DNA from: Cyanophora paradoxa CCMP329
Lineage: Eukaryota; Plantae; Glaucophyta
DNA: 64,000 nucleotides
Reading direction: 5' to 3'
NCBI GenBank assembly: GCA_004431415.1
Contig: QPMI01000473.1
Coordinates: 103,993-167,992 of the forward strand
Shown here: positions 48,350-62,400 of the stretch, piece by piece
Numbering within the stretch: the first letter of the stretch is position 1
Layout of the letters: the number at the start of each line of letters is the position of its first letter
Made by a program: the position numbers and the translations under genes
Notes under the pieces: generated by a model
Databases searched by the model: none
The model's input: the letters and a program-made list of their open reading frames with translations, nothing else
What the model was told of the DNA's origin: nothing

Positions 48350-51300
48350 CTAGGGGAGAGCGGCGTGGAAAAAGGTGGTGCCGTGGCCGAGTTGGCGGGC
48401 TTTGGAGACGTCGACGAGGGCGCGGGCGAGGTCCTCCACCCGGCACGGCTTCAGCAGGTACCTGCCCCCCGCCCCGCCCCGCCCGTCGGCCCCGCCCCGC
48501 CCCGCCCCGCCCCGCCCCCGGGCGGATGGCCGCACCCCTGCACGCCAGCCGAGAGGCAGAGGTCTCGGTCCGAGCGGCTTCCCATCGCCGTCAGCATCTG
48601 CCCCGCCAGTCGGCGCCGGCGCGGAGCGGGGCGGGGCGGGCGGGGCGGGCGGGGGGGCGGACGACGATGCTGGGGCGGCGCTCGTTGGGGACGGTCTCGA
48701 CGATGCGGCGCGCCGCCGAAAGGCCGTCTAGCTCCGGCCTGCCCCGCCCCCGCCCCCGTCAGCCCCGCCCCGCCCCGCCCCCGGCCCCGGCCCCGGCCCC
48801 CGCCCCGCGCACATCATCCAGTCCTGCGCGCGGGCCTCAGCGGCGCGGGGCGGGCGGGGCGGGGCGGGGCGGGGCGGGCCATGAGGACGACGTCGAAGGG
48901 GCGGCGCTCGACGGCCTCGACGGCCTCCAGCCCGTTCCCCACCACCGCCACGTCCCCGTAACCCCTGCCGCACGTCGGCCCCCGCCCCCGCGGCGCCCGC
49001 GGCGGCGTGCGGCGGCCGCACATCTTCTTGAGCATGAGGACGACGATGCGCTGGTTCAGCGGCTGGTCCTCTGCGCGCCGGCGACCGCTCGGGGCGGCCC
49101 GCGCCGGCGGGCGGCGTGGCGGCTCACCGGCGAGCAGGACGGAGAGCGGGTGCGCCTGTCCGATGTGCGGCCCTGCAACGCGGGTCGATTAGCAAGCGCG
49201 CCTCGAGCCCCGAGACCGGTGCAGTGCACCGATGGATTGGAGGGGCTGGGAGGAGGCTCGCACGCCCCGCGGGCTGCCCCGCGGGCTGCCTGCCGGGCTT
49301 GTCCCGGCCGGTGGCACGGGGCTGAACAGCGCATCCAGCGCCCGAAAGACTGCGGCGACGGCCCGCCCGCTCAAGAGGGGCGGCGGGGGCGCGCGGGCGG
49401 GCGCGGGGTGCGCACGCTTCTCCTGCTTGACGGGCTTCTTGAGGTACTGCGCGTTCTCCGCGGGGGCCCCCGCCCCGGCCGCCGACGACCCGTCAAGCCC
49501 GAACGGCCGCACCAGCAGCAGCCACCGCACCGCCGCCCCTGCGCCGCCGCCGCTCGCGTCGGCGCCGCCCGCAGCGCCGGCGGCGGGGCGGGGCGGGGGC
49601 GGGGCGGACCGGGACCGGAGAGGGCGAGGGGCCGGTCGACGAGGTCCGTGGCGACGAGCACGGGGCCCTCCGCCCCCCCGCCAGCGCCTCCGCCGCCTGC
49701 GCCCCGCCCGCTCGCCCCGCGCCGGGCGGGCGGGCCGTGGGGCGGCGGGGCGGCCCACCTGGCGGAGCTCGTCGGCGCTGGCCGGCCGCTGCGGCAGCAC
49801 CGACAGGCCCCAGACCGCGAACTGCGCCGGCCCGCATTGAACGCGGCGCCCGATTACGAGGATGAAACGACAGGCACCTGGTCTCGGAGATGGCGGCGCG
49901 TGGTGTCGCTCTCCACTGCGAGAATGCACGACCGCGCCGCCAGAAACGGGACAGCACACTGCGGCACAACCGAGACCTCCGACCCTTGTTCGGACTGCCG
50001 GAGGGTTGGCCGCGCGACTCGAACGGCGGGCGGGGCTGGGGCCCGGGCCGGGGCGGGGGCGGGCCTGGAGGCGGAGGGTGAGGGTGAAGGAGGAGCCCTT
50101 GCCGGGCCCCTCGCTCTCCACCGCAATCTCCCCGCCCAGCAGGTGCGCCAGGTTCCGCGAGAGGAAGAGGCCGATGCCCGACCCTTCGAAGTGCCGCGTC
50201 CGCGTCTGGTCCAGCTGCGAGAAGAACGCGAAGAGCTTCGCCTGCCGCCCCGCCCCTCAGCCCCGCCCGCCCCCGCGCCCCGCCCCGTCCCGCCCCGCTC
50301 ACCCGGTCCTCGGGCCGGATCCCGCACCCCGTGTCCCGCACCGTCAGCCGCAGCTGGTGCCACTGCGGCCGCGCCGCCCGCGCGCCCGCCGCGGCGCCCG
50401 CTGCGACTGCCGCCGGGGAGCCCGCACGCGGCGGCTCGCACTGCGGAGCGGCCTCAGCGGCGGGCGAGTGGAACGGCGGGGCGCGGGCGGGGGCGCCTCG
50501 TCGCAGGCGACGATCAGCTCCACCGACCCGCGCGCCGTGAACTTGACTGCCGCCCCCGTCAGAGCGCCGCCGGCGCGCGCGCGCGCGAGCGCCGCCGCAG
50601 CGCACTCGAGTTGCCCATCAGGTTGATCAGAATCTGCGGGGCGCGTCAGAGGCGCCGGGGGCACGGGCGGGGCGCGCGGGGGACGGGCCTGGCGGATGCG
50701 GCGGGGGTCGGAGAGGAGGAACGGGGGCAGGGCGTGGCCCGGGGGGACGTAGACCGAGAAGTCCAGCCCCTTCATCTGCCCCGCCGCTCGGCGCGGAGGC
50801 GGCGGCGGCGGCGGCGGCGGGCGGGCGGGCGGACGGCGGCGGTGGGGGCGAGCAGGTCGACCACGTTCTCCACCACCGACCGCACGCTGAACGCGCTCAC
50901 GTCCAGCTCTGCCCGCCCCTCAGACCTAGGCCAAGCGATGCCCGCGCGCCCCGCGCACCCATCGCGCCCCGCTCGATCTTGCCGCAGTCTGCAGCCGGCG
51001 TCAGCGGCGAGACGGGTCGGCGGTGGCGGGTCGGGGCGCGCCGAGGATCTCGCCGATGAGCTCGACGAGCGCCGTGCCGCTGTTCTGCACGATCTCCAGG
51101 TACTCCTGCCGCGCCCTCAGCGCCGGCCCCGCGGCGGGCCCGGGTCCCGGCGGGGCGGGCCTCCTGCTGCGGGGTGAGCCCCGTGTCCTGCAGCAGGCGG
51201 CAGATGGAGATCGTCGACTGCATCGGCGTCCGCAGCTCGTGCGCTGCGCGGACGTCACGCGGCGCGGGGCGGCGCGGGGCGGGCGGCGGCGCGCACTGAC

Positions 51301-51800
51301 GACGGAGAGGAAGTTCTGCTTCGCGAGGACCGCCTGCTCGGCGTCCGCCTTCGCCGCCTCCAGCTCCGCGTTCTTCCGCAGCAGCTGCCCCCCCGCCCGC
51401 GCTCGGCGAGCCCGGCGCGGCCGGCGCGGCACGGCGCGCACCTGCGCCAGGTGCTCCTGCTCCACGCGGAACGCCCGCGCGTGCGCCAGCGACACCGACA
51501 GGTGCCGCGACACCGCCCTGCGCCCCGTCGGCCGCCGCCGCCGCCGCCCCGCGCCCCGCGCCGCCGCCGCCGCACCGCAGCATGCGCCGATCGGCCTCGG
51601 CCCACTCGCGCCGCGCCGCCGTGTGCAGCTCCAGCCGCCTGCCGCACCTCAGCACGCCGCGGATCGGCGCGCGGCCACGGCGGCGCACCCGACGACCTCC
51701 CCGCCGTACTTGATCTCCATCTCGAGGTAGCCCTGCAGCGCGTCAGGGCCGCCCCGCGGCGCGGCTCCGGGCGGCGGGCGGGCGGGGGCGCACCGGACGC

Positions 51801-51832
<32 letters not shown>

Positions 51833-54800
51833 TCCTCGTCTCCCACGGCGCCGCCAGGCGGCGATTCGAGCACGTCCTCCAGCGCCGCCACCTCCTCCTC
51901 TGCCCCCGCCCTCAGCGACGCCCGCGCCGCCCCGCCCGCGCCCCGCGCACCGGCCCCGCGTCCCGCCGCCAGCCGCACCCGCCGCTGCATCGCCGGCATC
52001 GCCGCGAGCGCCTCGGCGGCGGCGCGCGAGCCGGGGGCCCCCGGGGCGGCCCACGAGGCGACGACGGGCGGCGGATGCGCGTTGCCGGGGGCGGGAGCGG
52101 CGGGGAAGCCCCAGAGGGTGCAGCGGTCGACGTGGAGGGCGGGGCCGAGGGCGTCGGCGGCGGCCTGCAGGATGCGCGCCTTGTCGAGGCTGCTGCGCAC
52201 GGCGTCCACGATCGACGAGAGCACGTTCGACTGCGCCAGCGCCGCGTTCAGCTCCTCCTCCCGCTGCCGCAGCTGCCCGCCGCGCCCCGCGTCAGCGCCG
52301 GGGGGCGGGCGGGGCGGGGCGGGCGGGGCGCCTGCTCGCGCTGCTCGCGCTCGAGGCGGAAGGCGCGGGCGTGGGAGAAGGCAATGGCGAGCTGGTCGCC
52401 CTGCGCCGGCGTCGGGCGCGGCGGGCCGGCGGGGCGGGCGGGGCCGGACGACGGCGTCGAGGAGGGCGACGTCCTCCGCCGGCCACGCGCAGTCGCGCGC
52501 GCTGTGCACGCTCAGCAGCGCCAGCAGCTCGTCCCCCAGGAAGACCCCCCGCAGCAGCGCCCGCGTGATCCCCGACCCCCGCATCATCCGCTGGAACTCC
52601 CGGAACTGCGCCCCCGCCCCGCCCCCGCCCCGTCAGCGCCGGGCGGGTCTGCAGCGCGCGCGCCGGCTCGCCTCGGGGGTGCTGCCGTCCTCGCCGGGCT
52701 GCGGCTCGGCCACCTCCAGCGAGTAGGCGCGCTGGATGGGCAGCAGTCGGTCCCGCCCGAACACGCGCCGCTGCGCGCGCGTCGGCGCGGGGAGTGGGGA
52801 GCGGGGAGCGGGGCCCGGGCCGGGGCGCGCCTGGAGGACCGGAGAGGTGAAGTAGTCGGGGGCGAGCGGGGGCATGCCGGGGCGGCGGGCCTCGCCGCCG
52901 GCCTGCGGCTGCGCGTCCTCGACGTAGCGCACCACGAAGCGGTCCCCGGGGAGGGCGGCCGCCAGCGCCTCCGCCGCCGTCTGCAGCAGCGTCTCCAGGT
53001 CCAGGCTCGCCCGGATCTGCCCGCCCCGTCGGCCCCGGCCCCGGCGCGGCGCGGCGGCGGGCCGGACCGTGTTGGTGAGGCGCATGAGGGCGGCGCTGTG
53101 CGCGAGGGCCGACGAGAGGCGCTCGGAGCGCGCCGCGTGCTCGAGCCCGACGCTCGCCTGCGCCCCCGCCCGCTCAGAGCGAGCGTGCTCGGAGCGCGCT
53201 CGGGACGGGCGCACGCTCTCGGCCAGGTTGGTGAGGAGGGTCCGCTCCGAGTCCAGGGGCAGTCGCTCGCCCTCCCAGCTCGCCTCGATGGCGCCGATCC
53301 TGCCCGGAGCGATTGGGCCGGGCCGCGCAGGATTTGCGGAGCTCGTCTGCGCACGGGCGCCCGGTGGAGCCGCGGATGCACGCCGCCAGCGCGGTCACGG
53401 GCGCCCCGTCTGCGGCCGGGCGCGTCGATCGCGAGGGGCCGAGGAGGACAGAGGGGGCGGGCGGGGGGCGGCGGATCGGACCGGCGGCTGTACCCCGGAG
53501 CAGGAGGGGCTCGGGGGAGGCCAGGACGTCCGGCAGGCGCCTGCGGGCCCGGGTACCGGTCAGGGCCCGGCGAGCGCCGGGGGGGGGGGGGGGGGGGGGG
53601 GTTACGACGCGCTTGTCGAAGAGAAGCGGGAGCGGCTCGCAGGCCCCCCCACCTTGTCCCCCGGTGGGGGTACGCGTGCTCCACCGCGCCGCCCGAGACG
53701 CGCCGCACGGCGCAGCGCTGCGGGGGCGTGGGCGGGGCCCGGCGCGGGGGCGGGAGCGCGCGAGGCGGCGCACGGCCCCGCCGAGGAGGCGCCGGCCGAC
53801 GTCGGCGGCGTGCGCCAGGACGCGGTCGGCCTCGGACTGCAGCTGCGGGGCGGCCGACGCGGCCTCGCCGGGCCCGCGCCCTGCCGCCGCCGCGGCCATC
53901 TCCGTCTCTGCATCGGCGGGGCGGCGGGGCCCGAGCCGCGGCGGGGGCGCGCTCGAGGGCGGCGTCGCCTAGGAGGAGGGCCTGCCCGAGCTGGCGGGCG
54001 AGGAGCCCCGCCGCGCGGGCCTCGTCCTCGCCCCACGCCCGCGGGGCGGCCGCGTACAGCTCGAGGAGGCCCGAGTCGAAGGGCGCCGCCAGGAGCGCCC
54101 CGAGCCGCAGCCGCGCGCCGGCGGGCCCAGCGCCTCCCCCAGCGAGTCGAAGCGGGCCGGCGCCGGGACCCCGGCCCCGGCCCCCGCGCCGGCGGGGCGC
54201 CCGAGCCCGAGGACGGCCGCCCGCAGGAACTGCTGGAGCCGGTCCGGATCCCCGCACTCGTCGAGCTCGTCGCCGCCGACCGCGTGCTGCGCGCAGATCG
54301 CGAGCCCGCGGCCGGCAGCGGCCGCCGGCCACGCTGCCCATGCCGGCGTTTGCCTCCGGATGACGCAGCTGCGCAGCGCGAGGCGTTTGAGGGGGTGCGC
54401 GGCGGAAAAGAAAGAGGGCGAGGCCTGGATCTGAACGCCCGCCGAATTGCAAAGGAGCCGGCGAACCGGTCGACCCGGAAGGCGCCCGCGATGCAGGCCG
54501 CCGCTTCCGTGAGCTGCTCCCGGCTAAGGGGCGCGACGAGGTGCTGGCTGATTCTGGACAACGGGGCGCGTCAGATCGCGCGTCAGATCGCTGCAGCTGC
54601 GGCGAAGGTTGCTGGGCTGCACTGCGCCTCACGCCTCCGAACCAAAGCAGAATCTTTAACCCCGGCCAACGCGCGCACCTCTCGGAGAGGGCGTAGAGCC
54701 ACGCCAGGCTCGCGTACGCGTGCGTCTCCGCAGCTTCCCCGCCTGATTCTACCGTGCATTCTTCTCTCCGCTGCCTGGCGGGCCTCGCCTCTAGATCTGG

Positions 54801-54851
54801 ATCTGTAGGTGCCTCGGGCGGGCGCTTCGAATTCCGCGACGGGGTGTCCAT
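48350..54851 (-). CDS. Hybrid sensor histidine kinase, inverted paralogue of 23233-29787
   Basis: Same GAF/HisKA/HATPase/REC exons and nearly identical introns leftwards of 53220. The N-terminus (MDTPSRNSK...) and C-terminal tail are divergent. Confidence 0.88.
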
Positions 54852-55733
54852 CCCTCGCGCTACTGCTGATCATGCGCGGATCGACCAGGAGCTGCGCTTG
54901 CTCATCCTTGCAATTGCGCTCTGCAGCCTCTGCAGTGCAGCTGCTGCTCAGCGGCTGCCGGGCCAGTGCCGGCCCAGTGCCGGGCCGTGTGCCGGCGCCT
55001 GCAGGCTGCCGCGCGCCCTGCTCAATTCTAGATCTATGGCCTTGGGCCCTTGACTCCCTTGAGGCTTGAGCACGAGGTCGAGGTAAGGCGATGGTCGCGC
55101 GAGGCAGCGCCGCGAGCCGCGACTCCCGCGAGCGATTAGAGCTGCGCCAGGCTACACTGCCAGCCTGTGCGCGGTTTCTCCCCTCTAATATTAATCCTTC
55201 TTTCGTTCAATCGTTGAACTCCGGATCCCATATGAATGATCGGATCGCGTGCAAGTTCTTCAACGATTGCAGCTTGCTGTGAACATCAACGATCGCGATT
55301 TCGCATCGCGAAACTTCGAATTCCGCCAGCGCTAGCGCTAGCAGCCTAGCACTAGCGCTAGCGCTAGCTAGCGCGTTGGATCATGATCATCATGATCACT
55401 TTTGGGACACAGTAAGAGAATTGCTCATTCGCATGCCATGATAATCATTATAGTTAAGTTCACATATGAAATAGTTAACTACTAACTCAGTTACTTTCTC
55501 TTGTCGCAGTATTGAAGTATCTTTGCCGGGGAAAAAGATTGCCGAATCCTTGAAGTTGATCTCCGAGGCTCGCTGGCCCGCGGCCCAGTACTAGTGGAGC
55601 TTCGAAGGTGGCACGTGGCCAAGAGCAAGAAAGAATTTGCAGAAAAGAGATAACAAGCTTCGATTTCCGAAGTTCGAAGCTTCAGCTATAAGTGCTGTTT
55701 ACTACCGTAGTACAGTAAGAAACGTTACTAATG

Positions 55734-58700
55734 TCAAAGGCATTTGAAGCGGAGTCCGCGAAAAGGAGACCTCGTCCGATCCGATGATCCAAACGAAGGG
55801 ACTTTCCCGAGCCTCGAGGCGACCCGGCGGGCCGGGGCGGGGCCCTCAGAAGAACGGGGCGGGGGAGGTGGCGCCGTCGGCGGCGGCGGCGGCGGCGGCG
55901 GCCCGGGCCGGGGCCGGGGCGGGGCGAGGGAGGCGCGGCGGGCCTCCATGCGCTCCAGGAGCGCCTCGATGTGGTTCACGGGCGCGTCCTTCAGGGCCGA
56001 GGCCACGGGCGCCTTCCCACGCCGCCCGCCTGCGCCCCCGCCAGCGACCGCCGCCGCCCGCCCGACAGCGACGCCGGCGGGGGCGCCGTCGGCGGCGGCT
56101 GCGGGGAGACCGAATGCGGCCCCGACGGCGGATGCGGGGAGAGGGGCCGCGGCGACGTCGGCGGATGCGGCGAAGCGGCCTGGGCGGGGGCGCCGAGGCC
56201 GAGGGGGCCGGCGCGGGAGAAGGAGGCGGAGCGGGGGGTGAGGCCGGGCACGGGGGCGAGGGCGTGCGGGCGCGCGGTGGCCACGAGGCTGGCGGGGGAC
56301 GAGGAGGAGGCGATCGCGAGGGAGTGGCGCCGGGAGGAGGCGCCGGCGGCGGCGGCGGAGGCGCCGCGCAGGAGGGGGACGAGCCCGGGGCGCTCGGTGT
56401 GGGCGGCCGGGTCGTGCGGATTCGGCAGCGCCGGGAGCGCCAGCGCCAGGCTTTGCGCGCGGGAGCGGCCGCCCGGGGGCAGCACGGGCCCGAGCACGGG
56501 GTCCGCCGCCGTCCCGGGGCGGGACGAGGAGGAGGGCAGGGGCGCGGGGCCCGAGGAGGGCGCCTCCATCAGCTGCGGGCGGCTCAGCCAAGCGAGGCAG
56601 CCAAGCCGAGCGAAGCCGAGCGAAGCTGAGGGGGGCTGAGCGCACGCGGTCGTAGAGGCCCCGCTGGATGGCGAGGTGCCGCTCGATCTTCTGCGCCCGC
56701 GATGTCCCCTGCTGCTCCGGCGGCCCTGCCCGCGAGGCGCCGCCCGTCAGCGCCCGGCCCGCCCCCGGCCCCAACATAAACTGCCCGGGGCGCGCATTTC
56801 CTCTGGTAAGCGGAGATCACGAAGCTGGCGCCGGCGGGGCCGCGGGCCGCCCCGGCCCCCTCCACCGCCATGTAGTACCAGCCTGCCGCGCCGGTCAGCC
56901 CCGGCCCCGGCCACGCCCGCCTGGAGCCGGGCCGGGCGGGGCGCGCCGGTTCGGAACTTGGGGTCGGGCGGGTCGATCGTGATGCCGTGCGCGCTCCCCG
57001 CGTCCTCGACCACCCACTCGCACTCCCCTGCCCGCCCCGCGCCCCCGCGGTCAGCCCGGCAGGCCGCCGCCGAGGAGTCCCGAGCGCTGAGCTAAGCAAA
57101 GCGCACCGGGGGAGGGGTACTTGTGCCGCGTGGAGACGAAGAGCCGCAGGCGCATGTCGAGCTCCGTGATGTCCTCCGCCCGCTGGTCTGCGGAGGCGCC
57201 CCTCAGCCAAGTCTTGAAGCCGCCGCCCAACGCAGTCTCAAGGGGGATCACGCACCGACGCGGATGCAGACGGAGAGGCGGGCGTCGTTGGCGAGGTACG
57301 CGAAGTAGGCGGGGAAGCCCCCGAGGCACCGGCCCTGGCTCGCCCTGCCCCCGCCCTACCGGTCAGCCCGGGCCGGCGAATGGAAGGGGGCGGGGGTACA
57401 GGCCGCGCACTTGAAGGGGTGGAGGTGGACCTGCGTCGCGAAGTGGATCGTGAGGCGGAACTCGCACCGCGTCTGCCCGTGCACCGCTGCGCGGGGGGTA
57501 CGTCAGACGTCGGCCGGGGGGGGGTGGGGGGAGGGGAGGGGGGTACAGATGAAGAGGGGCGCGTCGCGGATGCGGGGGTCCCCCTCCACGATCGTGATCT
57601 CGTCGTCGCCCTGCGGTCGGGCTCACAGGGGTACAGCGAACGCGCGCGCGCGCGGGGGGGGGGGGGGGGGGTTGGCAGTACCACGGCGGCAGACGCAAAG
57701 TCGTAGTGCGTCTGGCGGGGGCGGGGGAGGGATCAGCCGCAGGGGGGGAGCCCGGGGGGGGGGGGTACGGGCGCACGAGATTGGGCATCTCGTGCTGGTA
57801 GCTGGCGTAGAGGTCGGGGTTCCCCGAGAGGGCCACGAGGCGGATCACGATGCGGCTCATCGCCCTGCTGGGAGCCTCGAAGCTGCGCAGGGGGAGCGGT
57901 TAGCGCCGCGCGGGCTGCGCCGCACGCAGGCAGGCGGGGCGGGGCCTCGCGCCGGTAGAACTTGAGCTCGGACTCCTCGAGGTGGCCCACGACCGGCTCG
58001 CCCGACTCCAGCGCCGCGTGCCCCTCGAACTGCGCCCCGCCCCGCTTAGCGTCGAGGCGCGCAGGCTCGGGAGGGGGAGGAGGACGACGGCAGCACCTTC
58101 CAGACCTTGGACTGGCCTGCGGGCGGGCGTGGCGCGGGGGCCGGCCGTCAGGCGCGCAGGGGGCGGCGGGGCCGGTGGGCCGGGGCGGGGCGCACGCATT
58201 CGGTCGCGGATGGCCGAGAAGTCGCGCACCTGCGCGCGAAGCGCAGGGCTGGCTCAGGCGGGGCGGGCGGGCGGGCGGGCGGGCGGGGTAGGCGCGCACG
58301 AAGGCCTTCTCGCGCTCCTCAGTGGAGGCCGCGCTCACGCGGTCGATGGAGCGGCCGGGGCCGGGGACCGCGGCGAGGAGGCGGGCGGCGAAGCGGCGGG
58401 CGGGCTCCGGTCGCCCGGGGCCGGCGCCGGCTCCTCGGCGGGGGCCGCCTCGGCCGCCACGCCGACGTCGATCTCGGGCACGGTGGTGCGGCGGCCGCGC
58501 GGTTCGAAGCGGGCGGAGTAGGCGAACGAGTCGGCGATGGAGCCCGACATGCGGCGGGACACGGAGCCGAGCCGTGGGGGGAGGGGCCCCGCCGGCCCCG
58601 CCAGCGACCCCCGCCGCGCCGCGCTGAAGCTCGCGTGCGCCGAGTCGCCCCCGGGCGCCGCCGGTTCCCCTGCAGCTGTGGCATGGGCCGGCGCCCTCGA

Positions 58701-58938
58701 CAGGCTAAACTGCCGGTCGAGGGGCGCTCGCTGAGGCGGAGTGGCAGCGGATGTCTGCGAAGCGGCCCAAGCACGTGAGCTTGCGCGCGCGGTGCGGTTC
58801 ACAGGCCCCGGAGGAAGCGCCCACCGAGGGCCGGGCGACGAGGTACTCCAAGTCGGTGAGCTTGCGGTCCACTCCGTCCAGGGCGGCTCCCGTGAGCTCG
58901 CCCCCGCCCGAGGTCTCGAGCAGAGGCTGCGGAGCCAT
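55734..58938 (-). CDS. Hypothetical protein with two PPC-like beta-sandwich repeats (paralogue A); 3' end approximate
   Basis: FEGHAALESGEPVVGHLEESELKFYR, LVALSGNPDLYASYQHEMPN, LRLFVSTRHKYPS, GWYYMAVEG, with low-complexity termini. Confidence 0.6.
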
Positions 58939-59460
58939 CGATATCCACCGCGCCTCCGGCCTCGCGCGGCGTGTATCTGACGCCCGCGCTACCGATAATT
59001 GTGTTGTGAGCTGCCGCCCTACTGCTTGCGACTCGATTCGCGAGCCGCCGCCGTTGCAGCGTGCGCAAGCGAGGCGACGCCACGGGCGATACAAGGTGCC
59101 TGAGGAGAGGTGCCCGAGGCTTCTGATCGCTTGGGGAGGGCGCGGGAGGCCTAGGCTCGCTCACAAGAGCGCGCGCTTCTCATCACGCTCGCAAGTTGCT
59201 GCTGTGCACTGTGCAGCACAGTGCAGGCTCAGCCAGGCTGCCGGCACGTGACGTCACTGACGCAATTGAGGAATCATCATTGTGAACACAGATTGGTCCA
59301 ACCTTGCGAGTTCTTTAACAGGTGACTGACTGCGTGATCTGCTCTAACAGCCTCTACGCTTCATCAGTCTGCCTTGCTAGCTACCGCCTCCTATCGATAT
59401 CGGTATTGTTAGTTAGATTTCTATCATAGTATGTGCAGAGCCGAGTGAAGGATGCCAGCC

Positions 59461-62400
59461 TCAAGCTGAAGGCGAGGTAAATAGACTAAATACTGGAGGG
59501 TTCACTCCCGGAGGAAGCTGGGAGGGCGGGGCGGGCCTGGCGGGGCGGGCGCCGGCGTCGGCCGCGCCGGCTCGGGGTCCTCTCGGAGCGAGGCGAGGCG
59601 CGGGGCGGGCCCGGCCTCCCCGGGCGCCCCCTCCGGCAGCGGGCGCCGCCGCCCGAAGCTCGCCGCCCGCGGCCCCAGCTCGTGCCCGGCGGGGCCGGGC
59701 CCCCGGGGGTGTGGGGCGGGAGCCTCCGCCGGCGAGCTCCGCCGGCCGAAGCTGGGGGGTGGGGCACCAGCGACTGCTCCCGCTCATCGCCCGCGCCCCC
59801 GCGGGGCCCCAGGCTGCCCGAGGAGGCCGGCGCCGGCTGCCGGGGCGGGAGGTCCCCTCGGACGCCGAGAGGCGCCGGGCCCCGAAGCTCGCGCCCCGGG
59901 GCAGGCCCCGCTGCCGCTGCGTCGGCCCCTCCTCCGCCTCCGATGCCGGCGGCGCGCCGACCGCGACCGCCTCGAGGCTGGCGCTCACGGAGCCCTTCCT
60001 AAACGAGCCGCCGCGGCGCAGGAGCAGGGCCGAGGCGGAGCTGGAGGGGGCGGCCTCGCTGCCGCCGCCGGCCTCCGTGGGCGGTCCCCGGCGGAACGAG
60101 GCGGAGGTCCGCAGCGAGGAGAGGCCCCTCGGCCCCGCGGCGGGGGCCTCCGAGGGGCCGGCAGGGGCGCGAAGGGGTCGCCCCCGGGCCCGGCGGGGCC
60201 GGCGCGGCGCTCGCCGCGATGTGGTTCCTTGGCCGCGGCTCTGCGCGGCGCGGGGCTTGGGCGGGGCGGGGGCGCGCGGGGCGGGGGAACGGGGGGAACG
60301 GGGGCGCACCGGCCTCGGAGGCGGAGCTGTCGCCCGAGGCGGAGAGGCCCGCCAGCTGTGGGGAGGAGAGGTGAAGTGAGGGGTGGGGGCGCGGGAACCC
60401 CGGGAGCGCGGGCGCGGGCGCGCGGACCCGGTCGAAGAGGCCGCGCTTGACGAGCGTGTCGCGCTCGCGCCGCATCGCCCGCTCCGCCCGCGCGTCGTAG
60501 GGGACTGCCGGGCGGGCGGGGGTTACGACTCGATTCGAGAGGGCGGAAGAAGAGCGGGGGGCGCGCGCGCGTACACTTGCGCTGGCACCCGGTCACGAAG
60601 AAGGGGGCGGCGTCGGGCCACGCCGCGTCGCACTCGACCGCCGCGTAGAAGACGCCTGCCGCGAAATGGGGACGGGAGAGGTCAGGAGGGAGGGCCGGAG
60701 CGGGTTCAGCGCGAAGCCGGTCACCGGGCCGGAACTGGGGGTCCCCCGGGTCGATGTGGGCGCCCCCCGCGCGCCCCGCGTCCTCGACCGCCCACTCGTG
60801 CTCCCCTGCCGGGCGGCGCCGGGCTCGGGGCACAGCGGAGGGCAGACGGCGCGGGGCGGGGCGGGGCGGACGGGCGGAGGGGTATCGGTGGCGCGTGGAG
60901 ACGAAGACGCGGAGGCGGTGCGAGTCGTGCGCCTCCTCGCGCTGGCCTGCACCGAGGGGCTCGGCGCGCGCGCGGGGCCGGGTGGAAGGCTCGGCCGGGC
61001 GGGCGCACCGACGCGGACGACGGCGGTCTGGAGGGGGTCGGTCGCCTGGAGCCGGAAGTAGGCCGGGCAGCCCCGCGAGGCGGACGCCGGCACCTCCCTG
61101 CGCCCAGCGCGTGGGCGGGCGGGCGGGCGGGGAAGAAGGGAAGGGGTACGGGCTCACTTGAAGGGGACGAGCTCGAAGACTGGGGAGCACGCCGCCGTCA
61201 GCCGGTACTCGCACTCCGTCTGCCCGTGAACCGCTGCGGCGAAACCGCGCGCGTGATGCCCCGTTGCAGGGGCAGTCGGGGAGGTGAGGGGAGGGGAGGG
61301 GGTACAGATGAAGAGGGGCGCGTCGCGGAGGCGGGAGTCCCCCTCCTCCAGAATGATCTCGTCGTCCCCCTGCGGTGGGCCGTGAGGGGTACAGCTTTCG
61401 CAGGGCGGGGTACAGGGCAAGGCACCTCGGCTGCCGACTTGAACTCGTGCTGCGTCTGGGAGGGGTTACCGGGGGTCAGGACGGGGAAGACGAGAGCCCC
61501 AGAGGGGTACGGGCGGACGAGGTTGGGCATGTCGTGCTGGTAGCTGGCGTAGAGGTCGGGGTTGCCCTGCGGGGGCTTCAGCTTCGGGGGGGCGCAGGCG
61601 GCCCCGCCCGCCCCGCCCCGCCGCTCGGCGCGCCTTAATCGCCGTGAGCCGCAGGACGATACGCCCGGTGCCTCTCGCTGCGTCGAAGCTGCCGTGGAGC
61701 CGGGCCGGGCCCCGTAAGGGCGGGAAGGCGGGGGAGGGGGCGCGCGGGGGGTACGGGCGCAGTTGCCCACCGGTAGAACTTGAACTGGGAGCGGGCGCAG
61801 CGGTCGAAGACCTGCTCGCCCGGCTGCAGCGCCGCGTGGCCCGAGAACTGCGCGGGGTACGCGTCGGCGCGGAAAGTGCGGGGTACGGCTCCGAGAGAGC
61901 CCGGCGCGCCTTCCACTGGTTCGACTCGCGGAGCTTCGCGCGGATTTGGGCGTACTCCGCGAGCTGGCCGGATGGGGTCAATAGTTAAGAGGAAGGAACG
62001 CCGAGGCGGGAAGGGCACGCACGAAAGCCTTCTCCTTGTCCTCGGGGGTACCGGTCTTGGCGGCCGACAGGTCGGAGGGGTCTACGGAGGAGCGGCGGCG
62101 GCCGGCGGGGGGCAGACGGGGCGTCTCGGAGTGGGGCGGCTCGGGAGGGGGCGGGGGCGGGTCCGGGGGCGCGCTCGCCTGCTCGCCGGCGAGGGCCGGG
62201 AGGGAGGCGGAGGGGCGGCGCTCGCGGGGCTCGAAGCGCGGCGTGTAGGCGAAGGAGTCGGAGAGCGGGAGGCGGGCGCGGGGCGAGAGGGGCTCGGCCC
62301 GCGAGCCGCGGCGCGACGCGGTGGCGGAGGGCGGGAGGGACGGGAGGGCGGGCGCGGGGACGGGCTCCCGCTCCACCAGGTGCGCGAGCTCGCTGAGCTT

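Noticed and set aside
48250-54808. Very long six-frame ORFs (975 aa, 970 aa, 755 aa; likewise 779 and 856 aa at 23-27 kb)
   Set aside because: These are Arg/Pro/Gly/Ala-rich read-throughs caused by extreme GC content, antisense or out of frame to the spliced kinase genes.
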